A stretch of 64,000 nt of DNA, from IMG/VR virus record IMGVR_UViG_3300034079_000027, positions 6,800-70,799 of that record. One strand, written 5' to 3'. Below, one piece after another: positions 17,028 to 30,000 of the stretch. Position 1 is the stretch's first letter, and each line of letters begins with the position of its first letter. The DNA is from a virus (Duplodnaviria; Caudoviricetes). The notes under the pieces were generated by a model. The model ran no database searches and had not been told where the DNA came from. It saw only the letters and a list, made by a program, of their open reading frames with translations. Position numbers and translations under genes: made by a program.

Positions 17028-18056
17028 ATGACAGGCAACCCTCAAATAACGAACCCGGAGGATTTTGGTTATCCTCAAAATGAGCTACAATCAGAGCAGC
17101 CGGGTCAACAATACCCCTCAGCGGAAGAATTGACAAGGCAGATATTCACGATCAGCCCACCTAAGCCGCAATTTGATCAGGCTAAAGCCGACAGGTTGCA
17201 GAAAATGTCACGAATAAACTCATTAGGCCGTGGGGTTAATGTTTTGGGTGATGTACTCTCATTAGGGTTAGGAGCCAATGTAAGAAGGAGACAGCCCGAT
17301 GCTATTGCTCCGGGAATCAATGCCACTTTCGAGAGCATGATGGATAAATACAAAGGCGAAAAAGATGCTTACAGATTTCAGGAGTACCAAAAGCAACTCA
17401 ATAACTTACAGTTTGGAGTAGGCCGTGCAGACAGACGGGAAGATAAAGCCTACCAAAAACAGGTACACGAAGACCAGTTAAAAGCCCAAGCCGCTAAGAA
17501 CGCTCTGGACTGGAATAAATTTTCAGCTACATACGCCCAAAAAGGACAGGATTTGGATTTAAAACGCCAAAAACAAGGACAGGACACATGGCACGATCAG
17601 GCCACTATCAAATTAGGTTACGACAGGATAAACGCCGAACTAACCAAGTACTTCGATAAGGAAAATAAGTTTATGCAGATCGAGGTAAACGGACAAGTTA
17701 TAACCTTAAATGAAGGTCAGTTCCGTGGACTATTAAAAGACGCTGTAAGTGACCCTGCTTACAAAAAAGGGGATTTAAAGGCAATGCTCGATGGTTTTAC
17801 AAACAACCCTCTGGAAGGCTCTAAAAATATAGTACAACGTTATTCCGAATGGCTTGCCGCACAACAATCCTTACAATCACAACAACCCGCAGTTGATCAG
17901 CTTGTGAACGGGGGAAGCGTTAACCAAGCAATAGGAAACGCTATGTCTCCGATGAACGGATCGGGGCCGATGCAATCATACGGTAACCAGACAAGCCAGT
18001 CAGTAGCCGCACCGACCGCAGGATTTGACCCAAGTAAATACGAAAGTAAAGAATAA
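17028..18056 (+). CDS. Putative second ejection protein
   Basis: Helical Q/K/D-rich protein between pilot protein and giant protein. Confidence 0.55.
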   Translation: MTGNPQITNPEDFGYPQNELQSEQPGQQYPSAEELTRQIFTISPPKPQFDQAKADRLQKMSRINSLGRGVNVLGDVLSLGLGANVRRRQPDAIAPGINATFESMMDKYKGEKDAYRFQEYQKQLNNLQFGVGRADRREDKAYQKQVHEDQLKAQAAKNALDWNKFSATYAQKGQDLDLKRQKQGQDTWHDQATIKLGYDRINAELTKYFDKENKFMQIEVNGQVITLNEGQFRGLLKDAVSDPAYKKGDLKAMLDGFTNNPLEGSKNIVQRYSEWLAAQQSLQSQQPAVDQLVNGGSVNQAIGNAMSPMNGSGPMQSYGNQTSQSVAAPTAGFDPSKYESKE

Positions 18057-18061
18057 AAACC

Positions 18062-21000
18062 ATGGCAGAAACTACACCTTTAACCGCACCCGTTGTACCA
18101 ACCACGCCAGAAACGCCATTTGTAAATAGTTATAAAATTGATGGCAAGTACTATGATGTACCGACGACTGACGACTCGCTTTTTCAGGCCAATATGGACA
18201 TGTCTAAAGCGGAGAAGGTTTATGGGTTTATGCAGGATGGGAAAAAATATCGTGTACCTGAAGCCGACTTAAAAGTGTTTCAGGCCAACATGCCAAAAGC
18301 AAAACCTTTTCAAAATTACAATTTCTCAGCGGTAGGGGCAGACTTCCCCACAGATCAAGCAAAACCCCAAGAAGAAGAAGGTTCGTTTTTTGGAAATCTG
18401 GGGCATGATTTTATGACCGGGATTAAAAAGTCGGGCTATGAAATTGGAAGAGCGGTAGAAGACCAGTCGTTAATGATTAACGACATGTTTAAATCTATCT
18501 CCGACAATCCCGCTTGGCAAAATTACTGGAATAAGGAAGAAGCCCGACTCAATGAAAATATTGCAGGATTAAAAGACTGGGATAAAACCATTGGGGATGC
18601 CAAGGGTGGAGTAGGTGGATTTATAGGAGGTATGCTTCCTATGGTAGGTTTAGCCGCAGCAGCTATTGTAACCAAAAGCCCCACCGTGGCTATGGGTGTT
18701 ACTGACCTATTTGCTGAAATGGGTTACGGCGGTGGTATTGATGCCTACGATAAATTTAAGGCAGAAACCGGAGGAAGTGTTGATCCTGCAACAAGAACCG
18801 GAGCGGGATTATTATATGGGGCTGCAATGACATTACCTATTGCAGGAACAGTGGGCAAAATGATGCCAAAAGGCATATTACAAAAGTCCATTAAAACGAC
18901 ATTAGACGCAAACCCTCAATTTGTAGAAGTCGCCGGGAAGAAAGTTTTTGAGCAGTTTTTAAAAGAGCAGCCGACACTTGCCCGGAATTTAATGAATAAA
19001 GCAGTAACCGGGGCCGGACACGGTATGGCAACTATGACTGCAATGGAAATGTCGAAACTGGGAGTTGATAAATTCCTTATCGGGAAAGATGTCTCCGTAA
19101 AAGATGTAGTCAGCACGTTAGGACAGTCCGCTTTATCCGGGGCTTTCTTTGGGCTTGCGCTTGCCCCGTTCTCAGTGATGAGTCAAAACTCGACAAACCG
19201 GATGCGTCGTGAAAAAGAAGGTTCGGTAACAGTATCTTACGACCCGGAAACCGGAGAGTCGGTAGAAATCATTGCCGGGAAAGATGGAGGTTACCAAGGC
19301 TTAACCCCTTCAGGCAAATTGGTTGACTTAACCGAAGCGCACTATAAGAATGCGTTTACCATGCCAACCGAACTTTTCAACCAGACTACTAAAGAATTTC
19401 AGCAAAATAAAGCCGTTGCTCCAGATATTGAACGCCAAGCCTACGAGGGAAATATCACGAACGCCCTGACCAGACTTGGAGGCGAAAACGGCGTTGTTCA
19501 CTCGTATATCGACGATAACGGAAATACCCAGTATATTTTAGGCAGAAATAAAGACGGCCAAATTATCGCCTCCGATATTAACGGATTGGAAACAGTAATC
19601 AATCCAAAGGATGTAGAGAAAGCAAAATCAGCCGATGTAGGCACGATCCGGGATGCTTTAATGAAAAGGTATGACGAGAAAAATAACCCACCGTCAGACC
19701 CTTGGGAAGCTGTCTATCAAGAACAATTACCGCCACTCGACCCAAGACAACAAACAGAGGCCGACGCAAAGGCATACGCCCAAGAAATAGCCAATAAGGA
19801 CGATGGTATGATAACCACTGTTCAGGAAATTTCAGAAGACAATGCCACCGCCGGGAAAGTCTGGTATGTAAAAAAAGGAAACCCCGGACAATTGGATAAT
19901 GGTAGCGTTCGGGTTTTTGATGATACCGGGGAAGAGAAATTTTTAACCCGTAAGCAGCTAGCCGGAGAACCACAGGAAATGACCCAAGAGGATTTTGTCG
20001 CATTTAAGCTTCAGGAGTTCGACCAACAGCAGGCCGAGCAACAAGCTATGCAACAAAACCAGATGATTTATAACGGTAAAACCTTAACCCGGCAAGAGGG
20101 GGCGTTTCAGGATGAAGAGCAGGAGGCATGGTTTGATGAAAACAACCAACCCGTAAATGTTCCGACCGAAATTGTTCAGGCATGGGAAAAGAAAAAAGCC
20201 GGGGAACCACAGGGAGAAACCCCTAATATCGTTACCCGCATCTATAACGGTAAAGAATATCAGACTACTAAAAACCCAGACGGAAGTCATACACTTCCCG
20301 ATCAAATGGGATTACCTGATATACAGAAATTAAGGTCGGACGTTGATATTGAAACCAATGGACAAGCAACAGTTATTGAGACTCCGGTGGAAGGTCAAGA
20401 CCCGACTCAGCCGATGTTTACAGCGTCGATTGTTCCGGTACAAAATTTAACCGAAGAACAGAAAAATCAGTGGATGGAAGACCGCTTGATTAATAACCCG
20501 GACGTAGCCGCCAAAGCCGAAGAAGCCGAAAAACAAAAACTGGAAGACGAAAAAAAGGCCAAAGAACCCGGTTATACTTACGAGGGTGAAGACATAAGCC
20601 CGGAAGAAGCCGAAGCCATTATCAACCTTGCAGGAAAAAGTAAGGACAAATCCGTTATGCAAGGGTTGGAATACCACAACGATCCAAAACTGGATAAGTT
20701 GATGGAACACCATTTCCCTAAACCAAAACCAAGCTATACTAAAGGTAAAGATAAACTCACCGCTATTGAGGCCCGTGTATCTATACGCATGGCTAAAACT
20801 CCGACCGACCTCAACCAGATTAAGATTGAAAACGACGAAGAGTTGCAGGCTGTTTGGAATGAAAAAGCCAAAGCCTTAACCCCTAAAACGGTAAACTTTT
20901 CAGAGCCGGAAGGTGAAAAAGTTCCCGAAACTGAGCCGGAAAACGCTGATAATCCGTTTAGTGTATTATTTAACGACGCAGAAAATCAACAAAAAACAGA

Positions 21001-24000
21001 ACTAGACAATGAAAAACCTAGCGACGAACAACCAGTACCAGAAGTACCAGAAGGAGGAACAACCGAACAAAAAACTGAAACCGGGACAAAGCCGGACGAA
21101 ACTGAAAATGAGCCGGAAGGAACAGAAAAAGAAGTTTTAAAAACAGAAGCTTCCCAATACCTTGATTGGCCTGATTATACCATCATTCAGAAAGGAACGG
21201 AAAAGGTTGTCTCTTATTTCGGTACAGAAAAAGAGCCGTTTATCGTTTTGCTTTCTGGTAAAATGCCGGGGAAAAATGGTGCGCAAGTATTTAAAGTATG
21301 GAGCCGGATTAAAGAAATACAAGGTTCAGTAGACTGGGGCAGAATAAGTATAAAAGAGCCGGAGTATGAGCGGCTTTCTAAAGAACTAGAGGAAAAATTA
21401 AACCCAAAGGAAACCGAATTAAGCAAAAACAATCAGCCAGACAGTAAGTTACCCGATAATTCCGGTTCTGAGTTAAGCAAAGAAACCCCGGAACAAGTTC
21501 AACGCAAACACCTGAACGCTATTCAGGATGAGTTCGGGGAAGCAGCAAGAAGTCTCGCAAAGAATTTTGTTGAAAAAAGCGGCATAGAAAACCCCAACTT
21601 CAACAGGATTATTGAAACTGCACGACAAATTTTAAAGCTCGAAAAAGTAGGCAGTACTTATGAAGGTGCAGCCGCTATATCTGAGGCAATGCAATACGAG
21701 TTCGGTTATGTGGACAATTTTGAAGACCTACGCAATGCTATAAATAAAGGTGGGTATGCCAAGAATAAACCCTCGATTGATCGGATGTTGGAGGTAGGGG
21801 TAAAAGTGCCGCAGGATATTTTAGATATGAATACTCCCCAAACCCCGCTCGATAAAATAACCGCAGAGGGCAAAAAGAAGGTAGCCGAAAAGAAGGAAGC
21901 AAACGGGGATGTAAAATTAAAATCAGAACCATACTCGACGCTCGATATAGACCATGAAACGCCGAGTGTCGTAGTGGCAAAGCAGATTAAAGCAGACTTA
22001 CTGCCTTTCTCAAAAGCACTGGCTAAAGCGTTAGGATTTGATCATGGTGACGATGGTCACGGGAAAGTCCAATATTCAAGCGTAAATCTACCTCCTGCGG
22101 GTGGTGAGGCTACAATGCACTTCTGGAACCCTGAAAACCCAGACTGGGGGATTATGGTTCGACTTGCTTATGAGCCAGAGTATGACCGTGGTGGTGGATA
22201 TAACAATTATAAGATAAAAAATCCTTTCTGGAGGGTAGTTCGCAGAAAAGATAAAACCGGGGGATTAATGAATAATTATTTTCCGGGAGATATATCTGCG
22301 TCTGATTTAGCTAAAAGTATGCTGCCTATTTATGGGAAAGCCGCAGGAAGGTTTGGTCTTCCAAAGGAGGATAAACCCCAAGTTCAAGAGCCACCAAAGC
22401 CCGAACTGAGCGAAGTGGAAAAGCGCAAAGCAGAACTTATCGCCAAACTTAAAAACCTACTTCCACCGGATAACACAGCAAGCGAACCCCCCGCTGAATA
22501 CGGAGGGAAACCGCAACTCAACTTCGAGATTATGAACCTTGGGTCTGAACTGGCAATGATCCATATTCAGACCGGGAAAATAAAGTTTGCAGATTTCGCC
22601 AAAGAAATGGTGAAAGATTTGGGAAACCCGGTTAAACCTTACCTGAAATACTTTTACAACGCAGCCCGTAACCTTCCGGGAATGGATGAGTTCGACGACC
22701 AAATGGACGACGTTCGGGAAGTGAATAAGATGGATATTGAGCAAGCGTTGGCTCCAGTGGAAATAAATCATCAGAAGGAAGCCGAACAAGCGATTGACAA
22801 AAACCAAGCCCCGGCACAAAAACCGGATGAGAATAATTTACTCGGACAACTCGATAAGCTTAACCCGACCAAAGCCCCAATGAATACAACCAAATACACA
22901 GGTTTAACCATTGAGACGGTATCGGAAAAAGCGTTCGTTGTTAAAGGAAATACCAAACCATTTGCCGACGATTTTAAAACAGCCGGGGCAATCTGGATGA
23001 ATAAACATCAAGGTTGGATGTTCCCTAAGTCGAGACAGTCGGAAGTTGAGTTAAAATTTGGAATAGCCGGATCAACAGAAATAGCATACCCGCCAAATAA
23101 AAAGAAACTGGTGAGTAGTATCATGGCTAAATTAGCTGAAGGGATAAAAATTACCAACGGGCCTGCTTTAACCGCAATGGCAACAGAAGCCGGATTACAG
23201 GCAGGAGTTGATTACAAAAGCGTGAAAGAGCTGTATGATATTGCCGGATCAGCCCTTAACCAATATATTTTATCTAAACCAGAGTTTAACCCGGCAGGGA
23301 AAATCCCGATGGAGGTTAAAGCGATAGTAGAAAAACTGAACGCCCTTCAGGATTTACTCCCAACAGAAACCCAACGTTCGGCAGAACAGGTAGAATTACA
23401 GCAATATTCAACACCTCCTGCGTTTGCGTTTGTAGTTAACTGGATCGCACAGATAGACCGATTTGAAAATGTATTGGAACCGTCGGCAGGAGAAGGAAAT
23501 ATAGCTGTTTTTGCCCGTTTAACAGGCGCAAATGTAATCGCCAATGAAATTGACGACAATCGTTTAATCCTACTTAGAATGCTTGGATTACGGGCCGTAA
23601 AGAGCGATGCAAAGCATGTACATTTAAACCCTGCTTTTAGAAACGAACGGATTTCAACTGTTGTTATGAATCCCCCTTTCTCTAAAGATATTGCTCTCGG
23701 CAATAAGATGGATTTACATGCAGCCGAAAAACATATCGAATCGGCTCTGGCTAAACTTTTGCCCGGAGGCCGCTTAGTTGCAATCGTAGGGCGTGGAATG
23801 AGCATGAACAGCCCTACCCATAAAGCATGGTGGGATAAGATATTACAGAACGCTACTGTCCGTGCCAATATCGCTATCAGCGGCGATGCCTATAAGAAAA
23901 AAGGTACTTCGTTTGATAACCGATTGTTGGTTATCGACAAGCTCGGTGCGAGCGTTGAAGCCCCATTTACCGCAGAAGTTGAGAACTACGATGAACTTGT

Positions 24001-27000
24001 CGATGTATTAAAACATATTGTACCAAAAAACCGTATATTTAAACCAAGTATATTAACCGATGAAAACACTACTCGAAACGGTCAAGGACAAGCTGATAAT
24101 GCTAACGGGGGATTATCTGGAACCAATGGTGGCAAGCCTAATGATGGTCGTACTGGATCAGGTGAAAATCAAGGAGCCGGGAATGACACAAATGGAGGAC
24201 ACGATAACTTATCTCCACAGAAAGACAGACCGGGAAATTCTGGAGTATCTAATGGAAACTCAGGACGATCAGGCGGAGGCAGAGGCTCTTCTGGAGGAAA
24301 GACTTCAACCACTAACAACGGCGGAAGAAATAGCGGAGGTTCTGCTTCTGGACATCCTGTGGGACGCAATGAAGGAACATCAGGAGACTCCAATACTGTA
24401 AGTAAATTTGAACCAAGCAAACCGCTTGAAGTAGAATATGTAGATCGCACACTTGATAATTCAGAGCAGTTAGGTTACGACAGGTACACCCCTGAAATCA
24501 AAGTAGTCGGATCACAACCCCACCCAACACTATTAGTTGAAAGTACTGCGATGGCCTCGGTTAATTTACCGAAAAGCAAATACAGGCCGCATCTTTCTCC
24601 CACTGTAATTAAATCCGGGGCATTAAGCGATGCTCAACTGGAAGATGTTATTCTCGCCGGAGGATCACATGTCCAAGTATTACCGTCAGGTTACCGAAGA
24701 GGTTATTTCTTAGGCGGGGGGACAGGATATGGCAAAGGGCGAACAGTTGCCGCTATCATCATGGACAACTTCAATCAGGGAAGAAAAAAAGCAGTCTGGC
24801 TATCGGCTAATGAAAAAGCACACTACGAAAGTATAAACTTTTGGGATGCCGTAGGTGGGGATAAAAAACTCGCCTTTTCACAAAAGAACCCGCACAATCG
24901 CATAGCACAAAAAGAAGGCTTATTATTAACTACCTACGGAACATTAAGGACAAAGTTCGACCCTCGCAAAAGCTACGACGATGATGTAAATTTCTGGAAG
25001 GGAAAACCAGAAAATAGGATGCAGCAAATTGCACAATGGTTGGGGCCAAATTTTGACGGCGTAATAATCTTCGACGAAAGCCACAACATGTCGAACGCAG
25101 AAGCCCAAAAGGGCGACAGGGGCATGAAGAAAGCCTCTTTAATGGCGTTGGCAGGAATTGAATTGCAAAAACTCTTACCGGATGCACGTATTGTTTACGC
25201 CTCAGCTACCGGAGCCACAGAAGTAAGCAACCTAGTTTATGCACAACGCTTGGGGCTATGGGGTGATGGAACGCCTTTTAACGACTCAAAGGACTTCGTT
25301 CAAGCCGTACAGAACGCAGGGGTCGCAGGGATGGAAATAATCTCGAAAGACTTAAAATCTATGGGTTTATACACCGCCAAACAACTCTCGTTTGAAGGAG
25401 TAGCCTATGAAACCCTAGAACACAAATTGCTACCCATGCAGACAGAACTCTATAACCAAGTTGCAGATGCTTGGCAAATGGTGTTACACCACATGGACGA
25501 AGCCATTGACCTTAACAATACCAGTTCACAAGCGAAAGCGGCAGCAAAAAGCCAATTCTGGGGAGCGCACCAACGCTTTTTTGGTCAGATTATAATGACC
25601 ATGCAGATGCCAACCGTTATAAGGGACATTGAAAAATGTCTTTCAGAAGATAAATCGGTTGTAATACAATTAGTTTCGACCAATGAGGCCGCTACAAACA
25701 GGGCGTTAGCTGAAGCAAAGGCAAACTTAGCTGAAGGCGAGGAACTTGATTACGAGGATTTGGATTTATCGCCAAAAGGCACACTCTTAGAGTACCTTAG
25801 AAATAGTTTTCCTATCCATGCTTTTGAAGAGGTGGAAGACGATAACGGCAATGTCGTTAAACGATTAATGCGTGATGATTTAGGACAACCAATAGTAAAC
25901 CCGGCAGCACTGGCATTAAGGGATAAACTACTGGCAAAACTCGACAAAGAGCTTACTTTACCGGAAAGCCCTCTCGATATATTAATCAACCATTTTGGAG
26001 TGGATAATATCGCCGAAGTAACCGGGAGAACCAGACGGGTTGTAAAAGTAGAAAACGAAAAAGGAGAGTTTGTAAAAGTAGAACAAACCCGAACAAAGTC
26101 ACACGCCGCACAGGATAAGGATGATTTTATGGACGCAAAAAAGCGTATTCTCGCCTTTTCAAAATCGGGAGGAACAGGTGCATCTTATCATTCGGATTTA
26201 AGCCGTGAGAATCAACAGCAACGAGTTCACTTTGTAATTCAGACCGGGTGGAAAGCGGATGATGCGGTTCAGGGATTTGGACGGTCACACCGGAGCAACC
26301 AACGTATAGCCCCTATCTTTAAACTGGTAACCACGGATTTAAAATCGCAGAGACGTTATTTGTCCTCAGTGGCCCGAAGGTTAGATCAACTTGGAGCATT
26401 AACCAAAGGACAACGCCAGACTGGGGGACAAGGTATTTTGGACGGGTCGTTTAATCTTGAAGGACAGTACGCCAAACAAGCATTATTCCAGTTTTACAGA
26501 GCCGTAGAAGCCGGAGAAATACCCGGCGTTGATATGGAGGTTCTTGAAAACCAAATGGCTCTTAAAATATACACCGAAGATCAGGACGGGAATATGAAGT
26601 ACAACGAAAACGTGGTTTTCAATACTACGATGTTCCTGAACCGAATCATGTCGTTAAGGGTCGATTTGATGGACAGTGTATTTGATGGGTTTATGGATTT
26701 AATGGGCAAAGAAATTGACCGGGCTAAACAGCATGGCACTTTTGATGAAGGGATTCAAGTTGTTAACGCATTTAAAACAACGCTTGTAGATCAAAAGGTG
26801 ATTTACACCGACGAAAATACTGGGGGCAAAACCTACCTTACTACCATTGAATTGGAAGTTGAAAACACCCGCAAGGAGTGGGGAGATATTGAATTCAGGG
26901 CTAAGTATAAAAGCGACCAATTCAAAGGATATTATCAGGAAACTAGCTCAGAGCGGATATATGCTGTTTTTGCACAGCCGGAAATGACAGCGGACGGTAC

Positions 27001-30000
27001 ACGTAAATTAAGGACAACCCGGCAAAGTGTGGTAGCTGAATCGCAAATATCGAGTGACGACCTGAAAAACAAGTACGTTAAGATTGATAATAAAGCGATT
27101 GCCGAACGATTATGGAACGCTGATTTTGACGCTTACCCTGCCACCAGAAAAAGAGTAGATCACATTGTTAAAGGCTTAATTCTGCCAATCTGGAACCGAT
27201 TACCCAACAACATCAATGTTCGCAGATATGTTGACGAAAATGGTAACGCACACCTTGGGCGGTACTTTAATCAGCGTGATGCAGAAGAAATCCTCAATAA
27301 GTTTAAAATTACCAGTTCAAACCGATTTACCACACATCAGGCAGTAACCGCACTGGAAGACGGGGGAAAAGTAAAATTGGCTAACGGCTTTGAATTGGTG
27401 AAAACCAAGTATCAGGGATTACCTGTTTATATGATTAAAAACGTAAACTCATGGTCGGATCGTGACCGTATGAGTAGAGCCGGAGCAAATTTTGCCGTTA
27501 CCAGTGCTATGTCACAATCAGGATTTTATTATCTTCCTGCCGAAATCGCAACAGAGGGGATTGATAAAATTATTCAACTGTACAACTCCCCAATTACCAG
27601 AGTTACAGATAGTGAGGATAACGCTCAGGCTCCTGCCGAAGGAAATAATATTGCGGAGGAACCTTTAGCCGAATACAAGCGTACAAACGACCATGAAGAA
27701 AATCAAGCCCAAGAAGGTAGTTCAATCGACACCCAACTCAACTGGAGCGAAGACGTACCCTATCGTAGAAACCCAGAGTTCAGTAACAGCACAAGTGCCA
27801 GCGACCTACAATGGGAAGCCCTGTATAACCACAAACCAGACGACGGGATAACCTATGTCGAACGGCAGTTAAACGAACAAAAACACCTGACTTTTGGAGG
27901 CTCAAAGCTTTCAGGCCCGACGAAAATAACCTCGCCGTGGGACGTAGCCCATTTATTTAAAAACCTTGAATCAGCCCCATCAGAAAATGCCTTTGCTGTA
28001 CTTCACAACGAGGACGGCACATATAAGGCACTATACCTTTCAACAGGTACAAACAAAGCAACCCAAGTTGATACCAAACTTATAATTGCCGCAGCAAAAG
28101 AGTTCGGGGCTAAAAGAGTAACGTTTGTACACAATCATCCTTCAGGAAATTTACTAGCCTCTGAAGCAGATAAGGCTATTCACGGGAAATTACTACACGC
28201 CCTAGACCTCTCTGGTGTAAACCTGAATCCTTCCATTATTATTAACCTTGACTCCGGGAAGTTTGCCCAATTTACGGCAAGCGACCAAGACGAATTTAAC
28301 CATCAAGGCCGGATGAAAAACGAGGCTTTTGAAGTCAACGTGTACCAGTTTGACAGGCAGGAGCTATATATCCCATCAACAGAACGAGGAAAGGTTGTAA
28401 AATCGGGCGATGTTGCTGCATTTTTAAGTAACCAAAAAAGGGGCATCGGCAATAAAATACAAGCCTTAATCCTTGACAACGGCAATAACATTAATCGTTA
28501 CGTGTTGCTCGATGGAAATTTAACGACTGACGAATTGGCTAAAGAATTGCTTTTCGAGGTCGGGAAATACGGAGAGAAGGTTGTGCTTGCATCGAACTTT
28601 ACAATCCCGGAAATAGGAGCGATTAAAAAAGCTTTGAAACTGGTTGATGCAGACCTCGTTGATGTTCTGGAAATTAAACAGGACGACGACATTATCAACA
28701 ATTACAAAAGCTTTGCAGACGAAGGTTTGCTGTGGGATTCTGAAACCCCATACGGGAAAGATAAGCCCGGATTATGGGACTTAATGGACGATGCAAAAAG
28801 ACGGGTCGCCTATAAAAAATTCAATAACAAACCAACCGAAGTAAATGACTCAGGAGTAAAACCTGTGTTTGTTACCGACTTCCTTAAAAAAGTAACCGCC
28901 AGATACAACCGGGAACGAAAAGACCGACGGGCAATGAAGGAAGTTATTCAGGGGATGCGTGATTTTTACCAAGACAAAAACCTGCCTATCCGCCGGATGC
29001 AGGAACTTGTACAAAAACGTGGGGGCGAACTCAAAGACAATATGCAGCCTTTCCGTGACATAGCAAACTCATTTGGACGACTGGAAACCCTTCATGATAA
29101 TTTCACTGAGGATCGCATGGTTCCGATTTTAAAGACTATCGCAGAGATTGGTTATACCGGGATGGACAGAGAAGTTGTTTTGCCTTACGTTATCGCAAAA
29201 CACACCCCGGAACTTAACCAGTATATGCGCAACCGGGATTTTGAAAAGTGGAATAAAAAACACCAATCGGACTTTATAAAATGGTGGGAAACCCATCAAG
29301 AAACGACCAAAGCTCAACAGGACGAAAAATGGGCCGAACTGGAACAAAAAAAGGAAGACTACTGGAATAAGCTGCAAAAAACAGACTATGCAGGGATTAT
29401 GCCTTTAGATGTTGAGAATGGTTTTAAAGACGATCCCGACGGGCTTGCTAAGGCTATCGTACATGATTTTGAAACCGTATTGCCTCAGAATTTAATAAAT
29501 GAGCTTTGGGACAACCTAAAGGGTGCATCTTCGGATATTGTTGGGGCATGGCACAACGGGAAACAAATTACAGCAGACGAGGCCGATGAATACCGTTCAC
29601 GCTACAATTATTACGTTCCTCTCCGGGGATGGAGAGAAGGCGCAGCCCAAAGCCTTGCCTATGTCAAAGGGAAAGGATTCGGGAAGTCGCTACAACACGC
29701 TGAAGGTAGAAAATCACTCGCAGCAAACCCACTTGCTTATTTGCAGCACACCGCATTTCAGGCAATCACAGAACAGGTTACCAACGAAGTAAACACCTCT
29801 TTATATAATCTGGTGACTAGAAACTATGCAGGTAACCGGGATATTTTCAGCCTTAAAAAAGCGTATTACGTGCTAGTAGAACATGCCAACGGCGAAGAAG
29901 AGTGGGAATTAAGCGTTGATCCAATTACGGACAAGCTTGTAAAACCTGCCCCGGAGATGTTTGCTGAAGGTCGTGCAATCACAAAGCTGTACAACAGTCA

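Noticed and set aside
21009-21140. Third +1-frame ORF (43 aa) in an E/K/P/T linker of the giant gene
   Set aside because: The K/Q/N composition is what the +1 shadow of such a linker gives; no structure-like pattern
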